Both the position numbers and the translations under genes were made by a program. Shown here in pieces: positions 29,888 through 40,949 of a stretch of 64,000 nt of DNA (position 1 is its first letter; every line of letters begins with the position of its first letter). Under the pieces are notes generated by a model. It was not told the DNA's origin, did no database searches, and worked only from the letters and a program-made list of their open reading frames with translations. The DNA comes from Enterobacteria phage Aplg8: the sequence record NC_054902.1; one strand, written 5' to 3'.

Positions 29888-32800
29888 ATGGCCGAGATTA
29901 AAAGAAAGTTCAGAGCAGAAGACGGTCTGGACGCAGGTGGCGATAAAATAATCAACGTAGCTTTAGCTGATCGTGCCGTAGGAACTGACGGTGTTAACGT
30001 TGATTACCTAATTCAAGAAAACACAGTTCAACAATACGATCCAACTCGTGGATATTTAAAAGATTTTGTAATCATTTATGATAACCGCTTTTGGGCTGCT
30101 ATAAATGATATTCCAAAACCGGCAGGAGCTTTTAATAGCGGACGCTGGAGAGCATTACGTACCGATGCTAACTGGATTACAGTCTCATCTGGTTCATATC
30201 AATTAAAATCTGGTGAAGCTATTTCGGTTAACACTGCAGCTGGTAATGATATTACATTTACTTTACCATCTTCTCCAATTGACGGTGATACTATCGTTCT
30301 CCAAGATATTGGAGGAAAACCTGGAGTTAACCAAGTTTTAATTGTAGCTCCAGTGCAAAGTATTGTAAACTTCAGAGGTCAACAAGTACGTTCAGTACTA
30401 ATGACTCATCCAAAATCGCAGATAGTTTTAATTTTTAGTAATCGTCTGTGGCAAATGTATGTTGCCGATTATAGTAGAGAAGCTGTCGTTGTAACACCAG
30501 CAAGTCTCTATCAGGCGCAATCTAATGATTTTATCGTACGTAGATTTACTTCTGCTGCACCAATTAATGTTAAACTTCCAAGATTTGCTAATCATGGCGA
30601 TATTATTAATTTCGTTGATTTAGATAAACTGAATCCACTTTATCATACAATTGTTACTACATACGATGAAACGACTTCAGTACAAGAAGTTGGAACTCAT
30701 TCCATTGAAGGCCGTACATCAATTGACGGTTTCTTGATGTTTGATGATAATGAGAAATTATGGAGATTGTTTGACGGGGACAGTAAAGCACGTTTACGTA
30801 TCATAACGACTAATTCAAATATTCGTCCAAACGAAGAAGTTATGGTATTTGGTGCAAATAACGGAACAACTCAAACGATTGAGCTTCAGCTTCCAACTAA
30901 TATTTCTGTTGGTGATACTGTTAAAATTTCCATGAATTACATGAGAAAAGGACAAACAGTTAAAATCAAAGCTGCCGGTGAAGATAAAATTGCTTCTTCA
31001 GTTCAATTGCTGCAATTCCCAAAACGTTCAGAATATCCGCCTGAAGCTGAATGGGTGACTGTTCAAGAATTAGTTTTTAACGGTGAAACTAATTATGTTC
31101 CAGTTTTACAGCTTGCTTATATCGAAGATTCCGATGGAAAATATTGGGTTGTACAGCAAAACGTTCCAACTGTAGAAAGAGTAGACTCTTTAAATAATTC
31201 TACTAGAGCAAGATTAGGCGTAATTGCTTTAGCTACACAAGCTCAAGCTAATGTCGATTTAGAAAATTCTCCACAAAAAGAATTAGCAATTACTCCAGAA
31301 ACGTTAGCTAATCGTACTGCTACTGAAACTCGCAGAGGTATTGCAAGAATAGCAACTACTGCTCAAGTGAATCAGAACACCACATTCTCTTTTGCTGATG
31401 ATATTATCATCACTCCTAAAAAGCTGAATGAAAGAACTGCTACAGAAACTCGCAGAGGTGTCGCAGAAATTGCTACACAACAGGAAACTAATACAGGTAC
31501 TGATGATACTACAATCATCACTCCTAAAAAGCTTCAAGCTCGTCAAGGTTCTGAATCATTATCTGGTATTGTAACTTTTGTATCTACTGCAGGAGCTACT
31601 CCAGCTTCTAGTCGTGAATTAAATGGTACGAATGTTTATAATAAAAACACTAATAATTTAGTTGTTTCACCTAAAGCTTTGGATCAGTATAAAGCTACTC
31701 CAACACAGCAAGGTGCAGTAATTTTAGCAGTTGAAAGTGAAGTAATTGCTGGACAAAGCCAAGAAGGATGGGCAAATGCGGTTGTAACGCCAGAAACGTT
31801 ACATAAAAAGACATCAACTGATGCAAGAATTGGTTTAATTGAAATTGCTACGCAAAGTGAAGTTAATACAGGAACTGATTATACTCGTGCAGTCACTCCT
31901 AAAACTTTAAATGACCGTAGAGCAACTGAAAGTTTAAGTGGTATAGCTGAAATTGCTACACAAGTTGAATTCGACGTAGGCGTCGACGATACTCGTATCT
32001 CTACACCATTAAAAATTAAAACTAGATTTAATAGTACTGATCGTACTTCTGTTGTTGCTCTATCTGGATTAGTTGAATCAGGAACTCTCTGGGACCATTA
32101 TACCCTTAATATTCTTGAAGCAAATGAGACACAGCGTGGTACACTTCGTGTAGCTACACAAGTTGAAGCTGCTGCAGGAACATTGGATAATGTTTTGATA
32201 ACTCCTAAAAAGCTTTTAGGTACTAAATCTACCGAAGCACAAGAAGGTGTTATTAAAGTTGCAACCCAGTCTGAAACCGTAGCTGGAACATCAGCAAATA
32301 CTGCTGTATCTCCAAAAAATTTAAAATGGATTGTGCAGAGTGAACCTACTTGGGCAGCTACTACTGCAATAAGAGGTTTTGTTAAAACTTCATCTGGTTC
32401 AATTACATTCGTTGGTAATGATACAGTCGGTTCTACCCAAGATTTAGAACTGTATGAGAAAAATAGCTATGCAGTATCACCATATGAATTAAACCGTGTA
32501 TTAGCAAATTATTTACCGTTAAAAGCAAAAGCTGCTGATACAAATTTATTGGATGGTCTAGATTCATCTCAGTTCATTCGTAGGGATATTGCACAGACGG
32601 TTAATGGTTCACTAACCTTAACCCAACAAACGAATCTGAGTGCCCCTCTTGTATCATCTAGTACTGCTGCGTTTGGTGGTTCAGTTTCGGCAAATAGTAC
32701 ATTAACTATTTCTAATACTGGAACGGCAACTCGTCTGATTTTTGAGAAAGGACCTCAAACTGGAACTAACCCAGCACAGACGATGACTATCAGAGTATGG

Positions 32801-33757
32801 GGAAATCAGTTTGGTGGCGGATCAGATACAACACGTTCTACTGTATTTGAAGTTGGTGATGAAACATCTAATCACTTTTATTCTCAACGTAATAAAGCTG
32901 GTAATATTACGTTTAGCATTAATGGTACTGTAATGCCAATAAATGTTAACGCTTCCGGTTCATTGAATGCGAATGGCGTAGCAACATTTGGTAGTTCAGT
33001 TACAGCCAATGGTGAATTCATTAGCAAGTCTGCAAATGCTTTCAGAGCAATAAACGGTGATTATGGATTCTTTATTCGCAATGATGCTGCTAACACATAT
33101 TTTATGCTTACTGCATCGGGTGATCAGACTGGTGGATTTAATGGATTACGTCCTTTAGCTATTAATAATGCATCTGGTCAAGTAACGATTGGTGAAAGCT
33201 TAATCATTGCCAAAGGTGCTACTATAAATTCAGGCGGTTTAACTGTTAACTCGAGAATTCGTTCTCAGGGTACTAAAACATCTGATTTATATACCCGGGC
33301 GCCAACATCTGATACCGTAGGATTCTGGTCAATCGATATTAACGATTCAGCCACTTATAACCAGTTCCCGGGTTATTTTAAAATGGTTGAAAAAACTAAT
33401 GAAGTGACTGGGCTTCCATACTTAGAACGTGGCGAAGAAGTTAAATCTCCTGGTACATTGACTCAGTTTGGTAACACACTTGATTCACTTTACCAAGATT
33501 GGATTACTTATCCAACAACTCCAGAAGCACGTACAACCCGTTGGACTCGTACATGGCAGAAAACTAAAAATTCTTGGTCGAGTTTTGTTCAGGTATTTGA
33601 TGGAGGTAACCCTCCTCAGCCGTCTGATATCGGTGCTTTACCATCTGATAATGCTACAATGGGGAATCTTACTATTCGCGATTTCTTACGAATTGGTAAT
33701 GTTCGCATTATTCCTGACCCAGTAAATAAATCTGTTAAATTTGAATGGATTGAATAA
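29888..33757 (+). CDS. 34: Long tail fibre proximal subunit
   Basis: 1289 aa, same length as T4 gp34; internal repeated roughly 40-aa motifs (ITPKKL.../TETRRG...IATQ). Confidence 0.95.
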   Translation: MAEIKRKFRAEDGLDAGGDKIINVALADRAVGTDGVNVDYLIQENTVQQYDPTRGYLKDFVIIYDNRFWAAINDIPKPAGAFNSGRWRALRTDANWITVSSGSYQLKSGEAISVNTAAGNDITFTLPSSPIDGDTIVLQDIGGKPGVNQVLIVAPVQSIVNFRGQQVRSVLMTHPKSQIVLIFSNRLWQMYVADYSREAVVVTPASLYQAQSNDFIVRRFTSAAPINVKLPRFANHGDIINFVDLDKLNPLYHTIVTTYDETTSVQEVGTHSIEGRTSIDGFLMFDDNEKLWRLFDGDSKARLRIITTNSNIRPNEEVMVFGANNGTTQTIELQLPTNISVGDTVKISMNYMRKGQTVKIKAAGEDKIASSVQLLQFPKRSEYPPEAEWVTVQELVFNGETNYVPVLQLAYIEDSDGKYWVVQQNVPTVERVDSLNNSTRARLGVIALATQAQANVDLENSPQKELAITPETLANRTATETRRGIARIATTAQVNQNTTFSFADDIIITPKKLNERTATETRRGVAEIATQQETNTGTDDTTIITPKKLQARQGSESLSGIVTFVSTAGATPASSRELNGTNVYNKNTNNLVVSPKALDQYKATPTQQGAVILAVESEVIAGQSQEGWANAVVTPETLHKKTSTDARIGLIEIATQSEVNTGTDYTRAVTPKTLNDRRATESLSGIAEIATQVEFDVGVDDTRISTPLKIKTRFNSTDRTSVVALSGLVESGTLWDHYTLNILEANETQRGTLRVATQVEAAAGTLDNVLITPKKLLGTKSTEAQEGVIKVATQSETVAGTSANTAVSPKNLKWIVQSEPTWAATTAIRGFVKTSSGSITFVGNDTVGSTQDLELYEKNSYAVSPYELNRVLANYLPLKAKAADTNLLDGLDSSQFIRRDIAQTVNGSLTLTQQTNLSAPLVSSSTAAFGGSVSANSTLTISNTGTATRLIFEKGPQTGTNPAQTMTIRVWGNQFGGGSDTTRSTVFEVGDETSNHFYSQRNKAGNITFSINGTVMPINVNASGSLNANGVATFGSSVTANGEFISKSANAFRAINGDYGFFIRNDAANTYFMLTASGDQTGGFNGLRPLAINNASGQVTIGESLIIAKGATINSGGLTVNSRIRSQGTKTSDLYTRAPTSDTVGFWSIDINDSATYNQFPGYFKMVEKTNEVTGLPYLERGEEVKSPGTLTQFGNTLDSLYQDWITYPTTPEARTTRWTRTWQKTKNSWSSFVQVFDGGNPPQPSDIGALPSDNATMGNLTIRDFLRIGNVRIIPDPVNKSVKFEWIE

Positions 33758-33765
33758 GAGGTATT

Positions 33766-34881
33766 ATGGAAAAATTTATGGCAGAGTTTGGACAAGGATA
33801 TGTCCAAACGCCATTTTTATCGGAAAGTAATTCAGTAAGATACAAAATAAGTATAGCGGGTTCTTGCCCGCTTTCTACTGCAGGACCATATGTTAAATTT
33901 CAAGATAATCCTGTCGGAAATCAAACATTTAGCGCAGGACTTCATCTAAGAGTTTTTGACCCTTCCACCGGAGCATTAGTTGATAGTAAGTCATATGCTT
34001 TTTCTACTTCAAATGATACTACATCAGCTGCTTTTGTTAGTTTCATGAATTCTTTGACGAATAACAGACTTGTTGCTATATTAACTAGCGGAAAGGTTAA
34101 TTTTCCTCCTGAAGTAGTATCTTGGTTAAGAACCGCCGGAACGTCTGCTTTTCCATCTGATTCTGTATTGTCAAGATTCGACGTATCATATGCTGCCTTT
34201 TATACTTCTTCTAAAAGAGCTATTGCATTAGAGCATGTTAAACTGAGTAATAGAAAAAGCACAGATGATTATCAAACTATTTTAGATGTTGTATTTGACA
34301 GTTTAGAAGACGTTGGAGCTACAGGGTTTCCAAGAAGAACGTATGAAAGCGTTGAGCAATTCATGTCAGCAGTTGGTGGAACTAATAACGAAATTGCGCG
34401 TTTGCCAACTTCAGCTGCTATAAGTAAACTCTCTGATTATAATTTAATTCCTGGCGATGTTCTTTATCTTAAAGCTCAGTTATATGCTGATGCCGATTTA
34501 CTTGCTCTTGGAACTACAAATATATCCATCCGTTTTTATAACGCATCTAATGGATATATTTCCTCGACGCAAGCTGAATTTACTGGGCAAGCTGGGTCAT
34601 GGGAATTAAAGGAAGATTATGTAGTTGTTCCAGAAAATGCAGTAGGATTTACGATATATGCACAGAGAACTGCTCAAGCGGGACAAGGCGGTATGCGAAA
34701 TTTAAGCTTTTCTGAAGTATCAAGAAACGGCGGCATTTCAAAACCTGCTGAATTTGGCGTCAATGGTATTCGTGTTAATTATATCTGTGAATCTGCTTCA
34801 CCTCCGGATATAATGGTACTTCCTACACAAGCATCGTCTAAAACTGGTAAAGTGTTTGGGCAAGAATTTAGAGAAGTATAA
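33766..34881 (+). CDS. 35: Long tail fibre hinge protein
   Basis: 371 aa (T4 gp35 372 aa); synteny 34-35-36-37. Confidence 0.9.
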   Translation: MEKFMAEFGQGYVQTPFLSESNSVRYKISIAGSCPLSTAGPYVKFQDNPVGNQTFSAGLHLRVFDPSTGALVDSKSYAFSTSNDTTSAAFVSFMNSLTNNRLVAILTSGKVNFPPEVVSWLRTAGTSAFPSDSVLSRFDVSYAAFYTSSKRAIALEHVKLSNRKSTDDYQTILDVVFDSLEDVGATGFPRRTYESVEQFMSAVGGTNNEIARLPTSAAISKLSDYNLIPGDVLYLKAQLYADADLLALGTTNISIRFYNASNGYISSTQAEFTGQAGSWELKEDYVVVPENAVGFTIYAQRTAQAGQGGMRNLSFSEVSRNGGISKPAEFGVNGIRVNYICESASPPDIMVLPTQASSKTGKVFGQEFREV

Positions 34882-34885
34882 ATTG

Positions 34886-34910
34886 AGGGAGCCTTCGGGT
34901 TCCCTTTTTC
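34886..34910 (+). terminator. Terminator-like hairpin after gene 35
   Basis: GGGAGCC-ttcg-GGTTCCC hairpin followed by TTTTTCTTTAT. Confidence 0.5.
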
Positions 34911-34912
34911 TT

Positions 34913-34920
34913 TATAAATA
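34913..34920 (+). promoter_or_regulatory. Late promoter (TATAAATA) for gene 36
   Basis: Exact TATAAATA about 25 nt upstream of the gene 36 ATG. Confidence 0.55.
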
Positions 34921-34943
34921 CTATTAAAATAAAGGGGCATACA

Positions 34944-35609
34944 ATGGCTGATTTAAAAGTAGGTTCAACAACCGGAGGCTCTGTCATTTGGCATCAAGGA
35001 AATTTTCCATTGAATCCAGCCGGTGACGATGTACTCTATAAATCATTTAAAATATATTCAGAATATAATAAACCGCAAGCTGCTGATAACGATTTCGTTT
35101 CTAAAGCTAATGGTGGTACTTATGCATCAAAGGTAACATTTAACGCTGGTGTTCAAGTACCATATGCTATAAACAATACAAACCAAAGTGGTATTTTTCC
35201 TGGTAACGGTGATGCAGCTACTTTTGCTACAGCAAATATTGACATCGTTTCGTGGTATGGTATTGGTTTTAAATCATCACAAGGTTCAGCAGACCGAACT
35301 GTTGTTATTAACGCTCGTACCGGTGATATCAGCACTAAGGGCGGTTTTTATGCAACTGGTCCTGTCCGTTCTAACGCTACTGCTCCTATAGCAGCGAATG
35401 ACCTTACTAGAAAGGACTATGTTGATGGAGCAATAAATACTGTTACAGCAAATGCGAACTCTAGAGTGTTGCGTTCTGGTGACACTATGACAGGTAATTT
35501 AACAGCGCCAAACTTTTTCTCACAGAATCCTGCGTCTCAACCTTCACATGTTCCACGATTTGACCAAATCGTAATTAAGGATTCTGTTCAAGATTTCGGC
35601 TATTATTAA
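34944..35609 (+). CDS. 36: Long tail fibre distal connector
   Basis: 221 aa as T4 gp36. Confidence 0.9.
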   Translation: MADLKVGSTTGGSVIWHQGNFPLNPAGDDVLYKSFKIYSEYNKPQAADNDFVSKANGGTYASKVTFNAGVQVPYAINNTNQSGIFPGNGDAATFATANIDIVSWYGIGFKSSQGSADRTVVINARTGDISTKGGFYATGPVRSNATAPIAANDLTRKDYVDGAINTVTANANSRVLRSGDTMTGNLTAPNFFSQNPASQPSHVPRFDQIVIKDSVQDFGYY

Positions 35610-35617
35610 GAGGACTT

Positions 35618-38600
35618 ATGGCTACTTTAAAACAAATACAATTTAAAAGAAGCAAAACTGCAGGTCAACGTCCTGCTGCTTCAGTATTAGCCGAAGGTGA
35701 ATTGGCTATAAACTTAAAAGACCGTACTCTTTTTACTAAAGATGACTCGGGAAATATTATTGATTTAAGCATTACCGCTGGCGGTAATATTAGTGGAAAT
35801 ATCACTCAAACTGGCGATTATACACAGACTGGAAAATTTAATTTAATTGGTCCGCAAATTGTAGCAAGCGGTGGATATATTGAGTTTAATTATCGTACTA
35901 CTGGAAGTGGGGCTTGGTCTGGTCAACACACTGCAAAAGCTCCAATTTTTGTAGATTTAAGCTCAGCTACTTCCACATCTGAATATAACCCTATAATTAA
36001 ACAGCGCTTTAAAGATGGAACTTTTTCATTAGGTACTTTAGTTTCTGAAGGTTCGTTGAAGATTCATTATATCAATGAATCTGGCGATTCGAAATATTGG
36101 ACGTTTCGACGTGACGGCGGATTTGTTGTTGACGGTGGAGGTTTAGCAGTATCAGGAGGTAGTATAACTACATCTGGAAATATTGCAGCTCTCGGAAATA
36201 TTACTTCGCCTCAGATTAATACTAAAAATATTATTTTAGATACAAAAGCATTTGGACAATACGATTCGCAATCATTAGTTCAATATGTTTATCCTGGAAC
36301 AGGTGAAGAAAATGGTATAAACTATCTTCGTAAAGTTCGAGCTAAATCAGGCGGAACCATTTACCATGAAATCGCTTCAGCTCAAACCGGTAAAAATGAT
36401 GAAATTTCTTGGTGGACCGGAAATACACTTACTACTAAATTAATGGGTCTTCGTAATGATGGCGCAATGGTATTACGTCGTTCACTTGCTATTGGCACAA
36501 TTACCACTGACGAAAATACTAACAACTATGGTTCTCCTACTCCAATGGGAGAAAGATATATTGCTTTGGGCGATGCTGCCACTGGTTTAAAATACATTAA
36601 GCAGGGTGTTTATGATTTAGTAGGTAATTGGAATTCTGTTGCTTCTATTACTCCTGATAGTTTCCGTAGTACTCGTAAAGCGTTATTTGGACGTTCAGAA
36701 GACCAAGGCAGAACCTGGACAATGCCTGGAACGAACGCTGCCTTTTTATCAGTTCAAACACAGGCTGATGAAAACACTGCTGGAGACGGCCAGACGCATA
36801 TTGGCTATAACTCAGGCGGAAAAATGAACCACTATTTCCGTGGTAAAGGCAAAACTAATATTAATACTCAGAAAGGTATGGAAGTTAATCCGGGTATTTT
36901 GAAATTGGTAACTGGCTCTAATAACGTACAGTTTTATGCCGACGGAACAGTATCTTCAATACAAAGAATTAAATTTGATAACGGATTAGTTCTTACTGGT
37001 GCTAGACCCGACGGTATTCAACTTGACGCTCCTACAGCAACAGATGGCACTAAAACTATATTGTGGGCCGGCGGTACTCGCCCAGGTCAGAATAAAAGTT
37101 ATCTATCTATCAAAGCATGGGGTAATGCCTTTAATGCATCTGGCGATCGTGCTCGTGAAACAGTTTTTGAAGTATCAGATGGACAAGGTTACCATTTTTA
37201 TTCTCAACGAGTTGCTCCCGGATCAGGTTCTACCGTCGGACCTATTCAATTTCGAGTTAATGGTGGTTTATTAACTTCTGGTGGTATTACATCATCTGGT
37301 TCTATTGTTACTGAATCAAGTTTAGTTGCAAATAATGGATTATCTGTAAATGGTCAGGCTAAATTCGGCGGAACTGCTGATGCATTAAGAATTTGGAATG
37401 CTGAATATGGCGCAATTTTCCGTCGTTCAGAAGCATCATTGCATATTATTCCAACCCCTAAAGATGCTGGTGAAAGTGGTGGAATAAGTAATCTTCGCCC
37501 GTTAAGTATCAGCCTTAATAACGGTATGGTACAAATGCGTCATTCTGTCACGTTAGGCGATGATGGCGCTGGCGGTAATATGATTACTGTGGACAATGAT
37601 AACAAACTTGTTGTTGTTACTAGTCATAGTCGTATTTCTCCTAATTACCGTATGCAGGTAGGACAAGCAGCTTATATTGATGCTGAATGTACTGACACCG
37701 TTCGCCCGGCTGGTGCAGGGTCTTTTGCTTCACAAAATAATGAAAACGTTCGTGCTCCGTTCTATATGAATATTAATCGCACAGATACAAGTACTTACGT
37801 TCCTATTTTAAAGCAACGTTATGTTCAAGGAAATAGCTGTTATTCTTTAGGTACTTTAATAAATGGCGGTAACTTCAGAGTTCATTATCATGAAGGTGGA
37901 GACGGAAGTTCAACAGGCGCAACTATAAAAGATTTAGGCTGGGAATTTACACGTTCTGGTGATTTTATATCTCCTAAGCGCATTTCTGCCGGGGGTTCAG
38001 TTTATTTAGGTACAGACGGTAACATCACAGGTGGTTCTGGTAATTTTGCCAACTTAAATAGTACAATTGAATCACTTAAAACTGATATTGTCTCAAGTTA
38101 TCCAATTGGTGCTCCGATTCCATGGCCTACTGATACACCTCCTGAAGGTTATGCCATCATGGAAGGTCAAACATTTGATGTTGACTTGTATCCTAAGTTA
38201 GCTGCTGTGTATCCTTCCGGCGCTCTGCCTGATATGCGTGGGCAAACGATTAAAGGTAAACCATCTGGGCGCGCTGTATTAAGTACAGAAGCAGACGGTG
38301 TTAAGTCACATAGCCATAGTGCAAGTGCATCAAGCACAGATTTGGGTACTAAGACCACTTCTAGTTTTGATTACGGTAGCAAAACGACTTCAAGCTTTGA
38401 TTATGGTACTAAGACCAGTAATACCACTGGTAACCATAACCATACAGTGAGTGGTAATACTAGTTCCGCAGGAGCTCACCAACACGCGCGTTCAGGTCCA
38501 CAGGTCACTGCTGCATGGGCAGACGATTTGTTTAGAGACGGGGTTACTACGATAGGTGCAAACTCATATGCTAAAATTAACTCAGGTATCACTGGTTCGA

Positions 38601-38854
38601 CTTTAGCAACTAAGGTCGGTAAAACATCAAATGACGGTGCCCACACCCATAGTTGGTCAGGAACTACTAGCTCTACGGGTAACCATGCTCATACGGTAGG
38701 TATTGGTGCTCATACCCATTCGGTAGGTATTGGTGCTCATTCTCATACTGTTGCAATTGGTTCCCATGGACATACAATAACTGTAAATGCCACAGGAAAT
38801 ACAGAAAACACAGTTAAAAACGTTGCTTTTAACTATATCGTTCGTTTAGCATAA
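35618..38854 (+). CDS. 37: Long tail fibre distal subunit (receptor-binding)
   Basis: 1078 aa (T4 gp37 1026 aa); C-terminal His-x-His repeats GAHTHS/GAHSHT/GSHGHT typical of the gp37 tip. Confidence 0.95.
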   Translation: MATLKQIQFKRSKTAGQRPAASVLAEGELAINLKDRTLFTKDDSGNIIDLSITAGGNISGNITQTGDYTQTGKFNLIGPQIVASGGYIEFNYRTTGSGAWSGQHTAKAPIFVDLSSATSTSEYNPIIKQRFKDGTFSLGTLVSEGSLKIHYINESGDSKYWTFRRDGGFVVDGGGLAVSGGSITTSGNIAALGNITSPQINTKNIILDTKAFGQYDSQSLVQYVYPGTGEENGINYLRKVRAKSGGTIYHEIASAQTGKNDEISWWTGNTLTTKLMGLRNDGAMVLRRSLAIGTITTDENTNNYGSPTPMGERYIALGDAATGLKYIKQGVYDLVGNWNSVASITPDSFRSTRKALFGRSEDQGRTWTMPGTNAAFLSVQTQADENTAGDGQTHIGYNSGGKMNHYFRGKGKTNINTQKGMEVNPGILKLVTGSNNVQFYADGTVSSIQRIKFDNGLVLTGARPDGIQLDAPTATDGTKTILWAGGTRPGQNKSYLSIKAWGNAFNASGDRARETVFEVSDGQGYHFYSQRVAPGSGSTVGPIQFRVNGGLLTSGGITSSGSIVTESSLVANNGLSVNGQAKFGGTADALRIWNAEYGAIFRRSEASLHIIPTPKDAGESGGISNLRPLSISLNNGMVQMRHSVTLGDDGAGGNMITVDNDNKLVVVTSHSRISPNYRMQVGQAAYIDAECTDTVRPAGAGSFASQNNENVRAPFYMNINRTDTSTYVPILKQRYVQGNSCYSLGTLINGGNFRVHYHEGGDGSSTGATIKDLGWEFTRSGDFISPKRISAGGSVYLGTDGNITGGSGNFANLNSTIESLKTDIVSSYPIGAPIPWPTDTPPEGYAIMEGQTFDVDLYPKLAAVYPSGALPDMRGQTIKGKPSGRAVLSTEADGVKSHSHSASASSTDLGTKTTSSFDYGSKTTSSFDYGTKTSNTTGNHNHTVSGNTSSAGAHQHARSGPQVTAAWADDLFRDGVTTIGANSYAKINSGITGSTLATKVGKTSNDGAHTHSWSGTTSSTGNHAHTVGIGAHTHSVGIGAHSHTVAIGSHGHTITVNATGNTENTVKNVAFNYIVRLA
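38345..38434 (+). repeat. In-frame tandem coding repeat in gene 37 ([10 protein letters not shown] x2 plus a partial third)
   Basis: Two 30-nt units encode identical peptides ([10 protein letters not shown] / [10 protein letters not shown]) with synonymous differences at several codons. Confidence 0.7.
38695..38775 (+). repeat. Triple 27-nt His-box repeat in gene 37 (VGIGAHTHS / VGIGAHSHT / VAIGSHGHT)
   Basis: First two units share an identical 18-nt core gtaggtattggtgctcat. Confidence 0.7.
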
Positions 38855-38855
38855 G

Positions 38856-38884
38856 GAGAAGGGGCTTCGGTCCCTTTTTATAAT
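38856..38884 (+). promoter_or_regulatory. Hairpin between Shine-Dalgarno and start codon of gene 38
   Basis: GGAG at about 38855 is about 25 nt from the ATG at 38885; the intervening GGGGCTTCGGTCCC hairpin would bring them together. Confidence 0.45.
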
Positions 38885-39436
38885 ATGAAACTCTATCACT
38901 ATTATTTTGACACTAAAGAATTTTACAAAGAAGAAAATTATAAACCATTAAAAGGCGTAGGATTTCCGGCTCATTCGACACCAAAAAAACCTTTAGACCC
39001 TAAAGAAGGCTATGCTGTTATATTTGACGAACGCGAGCAAGAATGGGTATATGTTGAAGACCATCGAGGAAAAACAGTATGGACATATGATAAGCAAAAA
39101 ATTGTTATTGACACTCCAGGTGCTCTTCAAAATGTTACTACAGAAGAACCTGGTGAATTTGACCTTTGGACCGACGACGGGTGGAAGGAAGATGAAGCAT
39201 ATAAACGCGTAGTTCAACGTGATAAGAAAATTCATGAACTCTATAAATTATTCAGTGTTTTAAGTTCTCTTATTGACGCAGAGGTTGCTAATAGAGAAGA
39301 AAAACGAAAATTTAAAGAGCTCAAAAAATTCTTTGCCCTTTTAGAAAAACATGAACATCTTGGCGGCGAATTCCCTAAATTCCCTGACCTTGAAAACAAA
39401 TCTATTATCAAAGCGATTATAAATATCTTTAAGTAA
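38885..39436 (+). CDS. 38: Tail fibre assembly chaperone gp38 (T4-type)
   Basis: 183 aa as T4 gp38; N-terminus MKLYHYYFDTKEFYKEENYKP and C-terminal FALLEKHEHLGGEFP resemble T4 gp38 as recalled. Confidence 0.85.
   Translation: MKLYHYYFDTKEFYKEENYKPLKGVGFPAHSTPKKPLDPKEGYAVIFDEREQEWVYVEDHRGKTVWTYDKQKIVIDTPGALQNVTTEEPGEFDLWTDDGWKEDEAYKRVVQRDKKIHELYKLFSVLSSLIDAEVANREEKRKFKELKKFFALLEKHEHLGGEFPKFPDLENKSIIKAIINIFK
39418..39425 (+). promoter_or_regulatory. Late promoter (TATAAATA) for gene t
   Basis: Exact TATAAATA about 20 nt upstream of the t ATG, inside the 3' end of gene 38. Confidence 0.55.
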
Positions 39437-39445
39437 GGAGGTATT

Positions 39446-40105
39446 ATGGCAACACCAAAAGTATCATTTTCGCTTAGTGATATTCTATTTGGGTTGCTAG
39501 ATCGTATTTTCAAAGATAACGCTACTGGAAAGGTTTTAATGTCCCGAGTAGCGGTAATTATTCTTTTGTTCCTAATGGCACTAATATGGTACAAAGGAAG
39601 TATTTTGCTGGATTATTATGTAAGAGCTAAGTATGATACTTATACTGAAATAATCCAAAAAGAACGAGCTTTACGTTTTGAATCTGCGGCTCTAGAACAA
39701 CTGCAAATAGTTCATATCTCATCTGGTGCAGATTTTAGTGCTGTGTATTCTTTCAGACCTAAAAACTTAAATTATTTTGTCGACCTTATAGCTTATGAAG
39801 GCAAACTACCTAGCACAATTTCTGAAAAGTCCCTTGGCGGATTCCCGGTGGATAAAACGGCCAATGAATATATAATTCATTTAAGTGGCCGTCATTTCTC
39901 ATCTAAATCAGAATTTGCATTTTTGCCTACAAAATCTAAGACTGCCGAACTTTCTTATATGTATAGTTGTCCATACTTTAATTTGGATAACATCTACGCT
40001 GGAACTGTGACGATGTATTGGTATAAGGGGAGTAATATACTTGAGGAAGATCGCTTAGCGGCTATATGCAACCAAGCGGTCCGAATACTAGGAAGGGCTA
40101 AATAA
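39446..40105 (+). CDS. t: Holin
   Basis: 219 aa (T4 T 218 aa); N-terminal hydrophobic segment, large periplasmic domain; FSLSDILFGLLDRIFKDNATGKVL matches T4 T as recalled. Confidence 0.9.
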   Translation: MATPKVSFSLSDILFGLLDRIFKDNATGKVLMSRVAVIILLFLMALIWYKGSILLDYYVRAKYDTYTEIIQKERALRFESAALEQLQIVHISSGADFSAVYSFRPKNLNYFVDLIAYEGKLPSTISEKSLGGFPVDKTANEYIIHLSGRHFSSKSEFAFLPTKSKTAELSYMYSCPYFNLDNIYAGTVTMYWYKGSNILEEDRLAAICNQAVRILGRAK

Positions 40106-40378
40106 TTAGTTGTTAGAATACATCGCTAAATGACGATAAATATTTTCAAAACCTTCATTGAATTCACTAATCAGTGTTTTCTTTTCTTCGGCAGTTAAAT
40201 TTGTAATTAGTTTTCTGAACGAATTCTGATTTAGCTGCCGACCATCTTTTTTAATTCCAATCTCATTCAAGAATCCGATGAAACTTGCTCGGTCTTCAAC
40301 AATATCTTCCCTAGAGAATTTAATCAAAATAGAAGCAATAGTAATAATTTCACGTACGATTTCAATGTCTTTATTCAT
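40106..40378 (-). CDS. asiA: Anti-sigma70 factor AsiA
   Basis: 90 aa; MNKDIEIVREIITIASILIKFSREDIV matches T4 AsiA closely as recalled. Confidence 0.9.
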   Translation of the reverse strand: MNKDIEIVREIITIASILIKFSREDIVEDRASFIGFLNEIGIKKDGRQLNQNSFRKLITNLTAEEKKTLISEFNEGFENIYRHLAMYSNN

Positions 40379-40412
40379 AACGGTTTATTCATTCCACTTA
40401 GTTGATATGGAT

Positions 40413-40442
40413 ATAGTACCATTATCAGTGTTGATTGTAAAC
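40413..40442 (-). promoter_or_regulatory. Early promoter for asiA (GTTTAC-N18-TACTAT)
   Basis: Consensus elements; leader TATCAACTA motif. Confidence 0.5.
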
Positions 40443-40586
40443 GGCTTTTTCTACGCTTTTAACGTAATCAATGTAGTCTTCCTGTTCATACGAGTGTAAG
40501 GCCAAGAATGGAACTAATAGTTCATTATAGACTAAAGCCTCACGCTCACGTTCGGCCTCTACTACGTTCTGAAGATTATGACTCAT
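40425..40586 (-). CDS. Hypothetical acidic protein, about 53 aa
   Basis: Track ORF trimmed to MSHNLQNVV; acidic. Confidence 0.35.
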   Translation of the reverse strand: MSHNLQNVVEAEREREALVYNELLVPFLALHSYEQEDYIDYVKSVEKAVYNQH

Positions 40587-40875
40587 ATTGTTCCTTATAA
40601 CTATCAATGTAGTCCTGTATGTCGAAGAATGACATTTCATATTCTAGGACATTAAGAGCCCGTTCTTCAGTATAGTCAGAACCAAAGACGATAGTGATTT
40701 CACCAGGCTTCATATGGTTGAAATCGACACTAAAAGGAATACGAGAACAGACTTCATCTTCCATATCTACGATAACACTACGACACACTTCTCGGTTAAC
40801 CTGATAAAGCTCTGCAAGTTCTTCACAACGAATAACAAGTTCAGTGGCAGGATTTTCTTTGATTTTAGTAAACAT
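40576..40875 (-). CDS. Hypothetical acidic protein, 99 aa (possible Arn-like)
   Basis: Strongly acidic 99-aa ORF in the position where T4 carries arn; identity not verified. Confidence 0.4.
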   Translation of the reverse strand: MFTKIKENPATELVIRCEELAELYQVNREVCRSVIVDMEDEVCSRIPFSVDFNHMKPGEITIVFGSDYTEERALNVLEYEMSFFDIQDYIDSYKEQYES

Positions 40876-40949
40876 AGTCTTTACCCTTATGTTTTTGTTT
40901 GCGTTTAGATTGAAGTTCTGATTTCTTCTTGTACTTATGGACAGAAGCC

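Noticed and set aside
31304-31546. 80-aa minus-strand ORF inside gene 34
   Set aside because: Antisense within the long tail fibre gene in a late, plus-strand transcribed block; Cys/Ser-rich chance frame.
38695-38775. Possible CRISPR-like short direct repeats
   Set aside because: The repeats are in-frame 27-nt coding repeats inside gene 37 encoding His-x-His motifs; no spacer-repeat array and no cas genes anywhere in the window.
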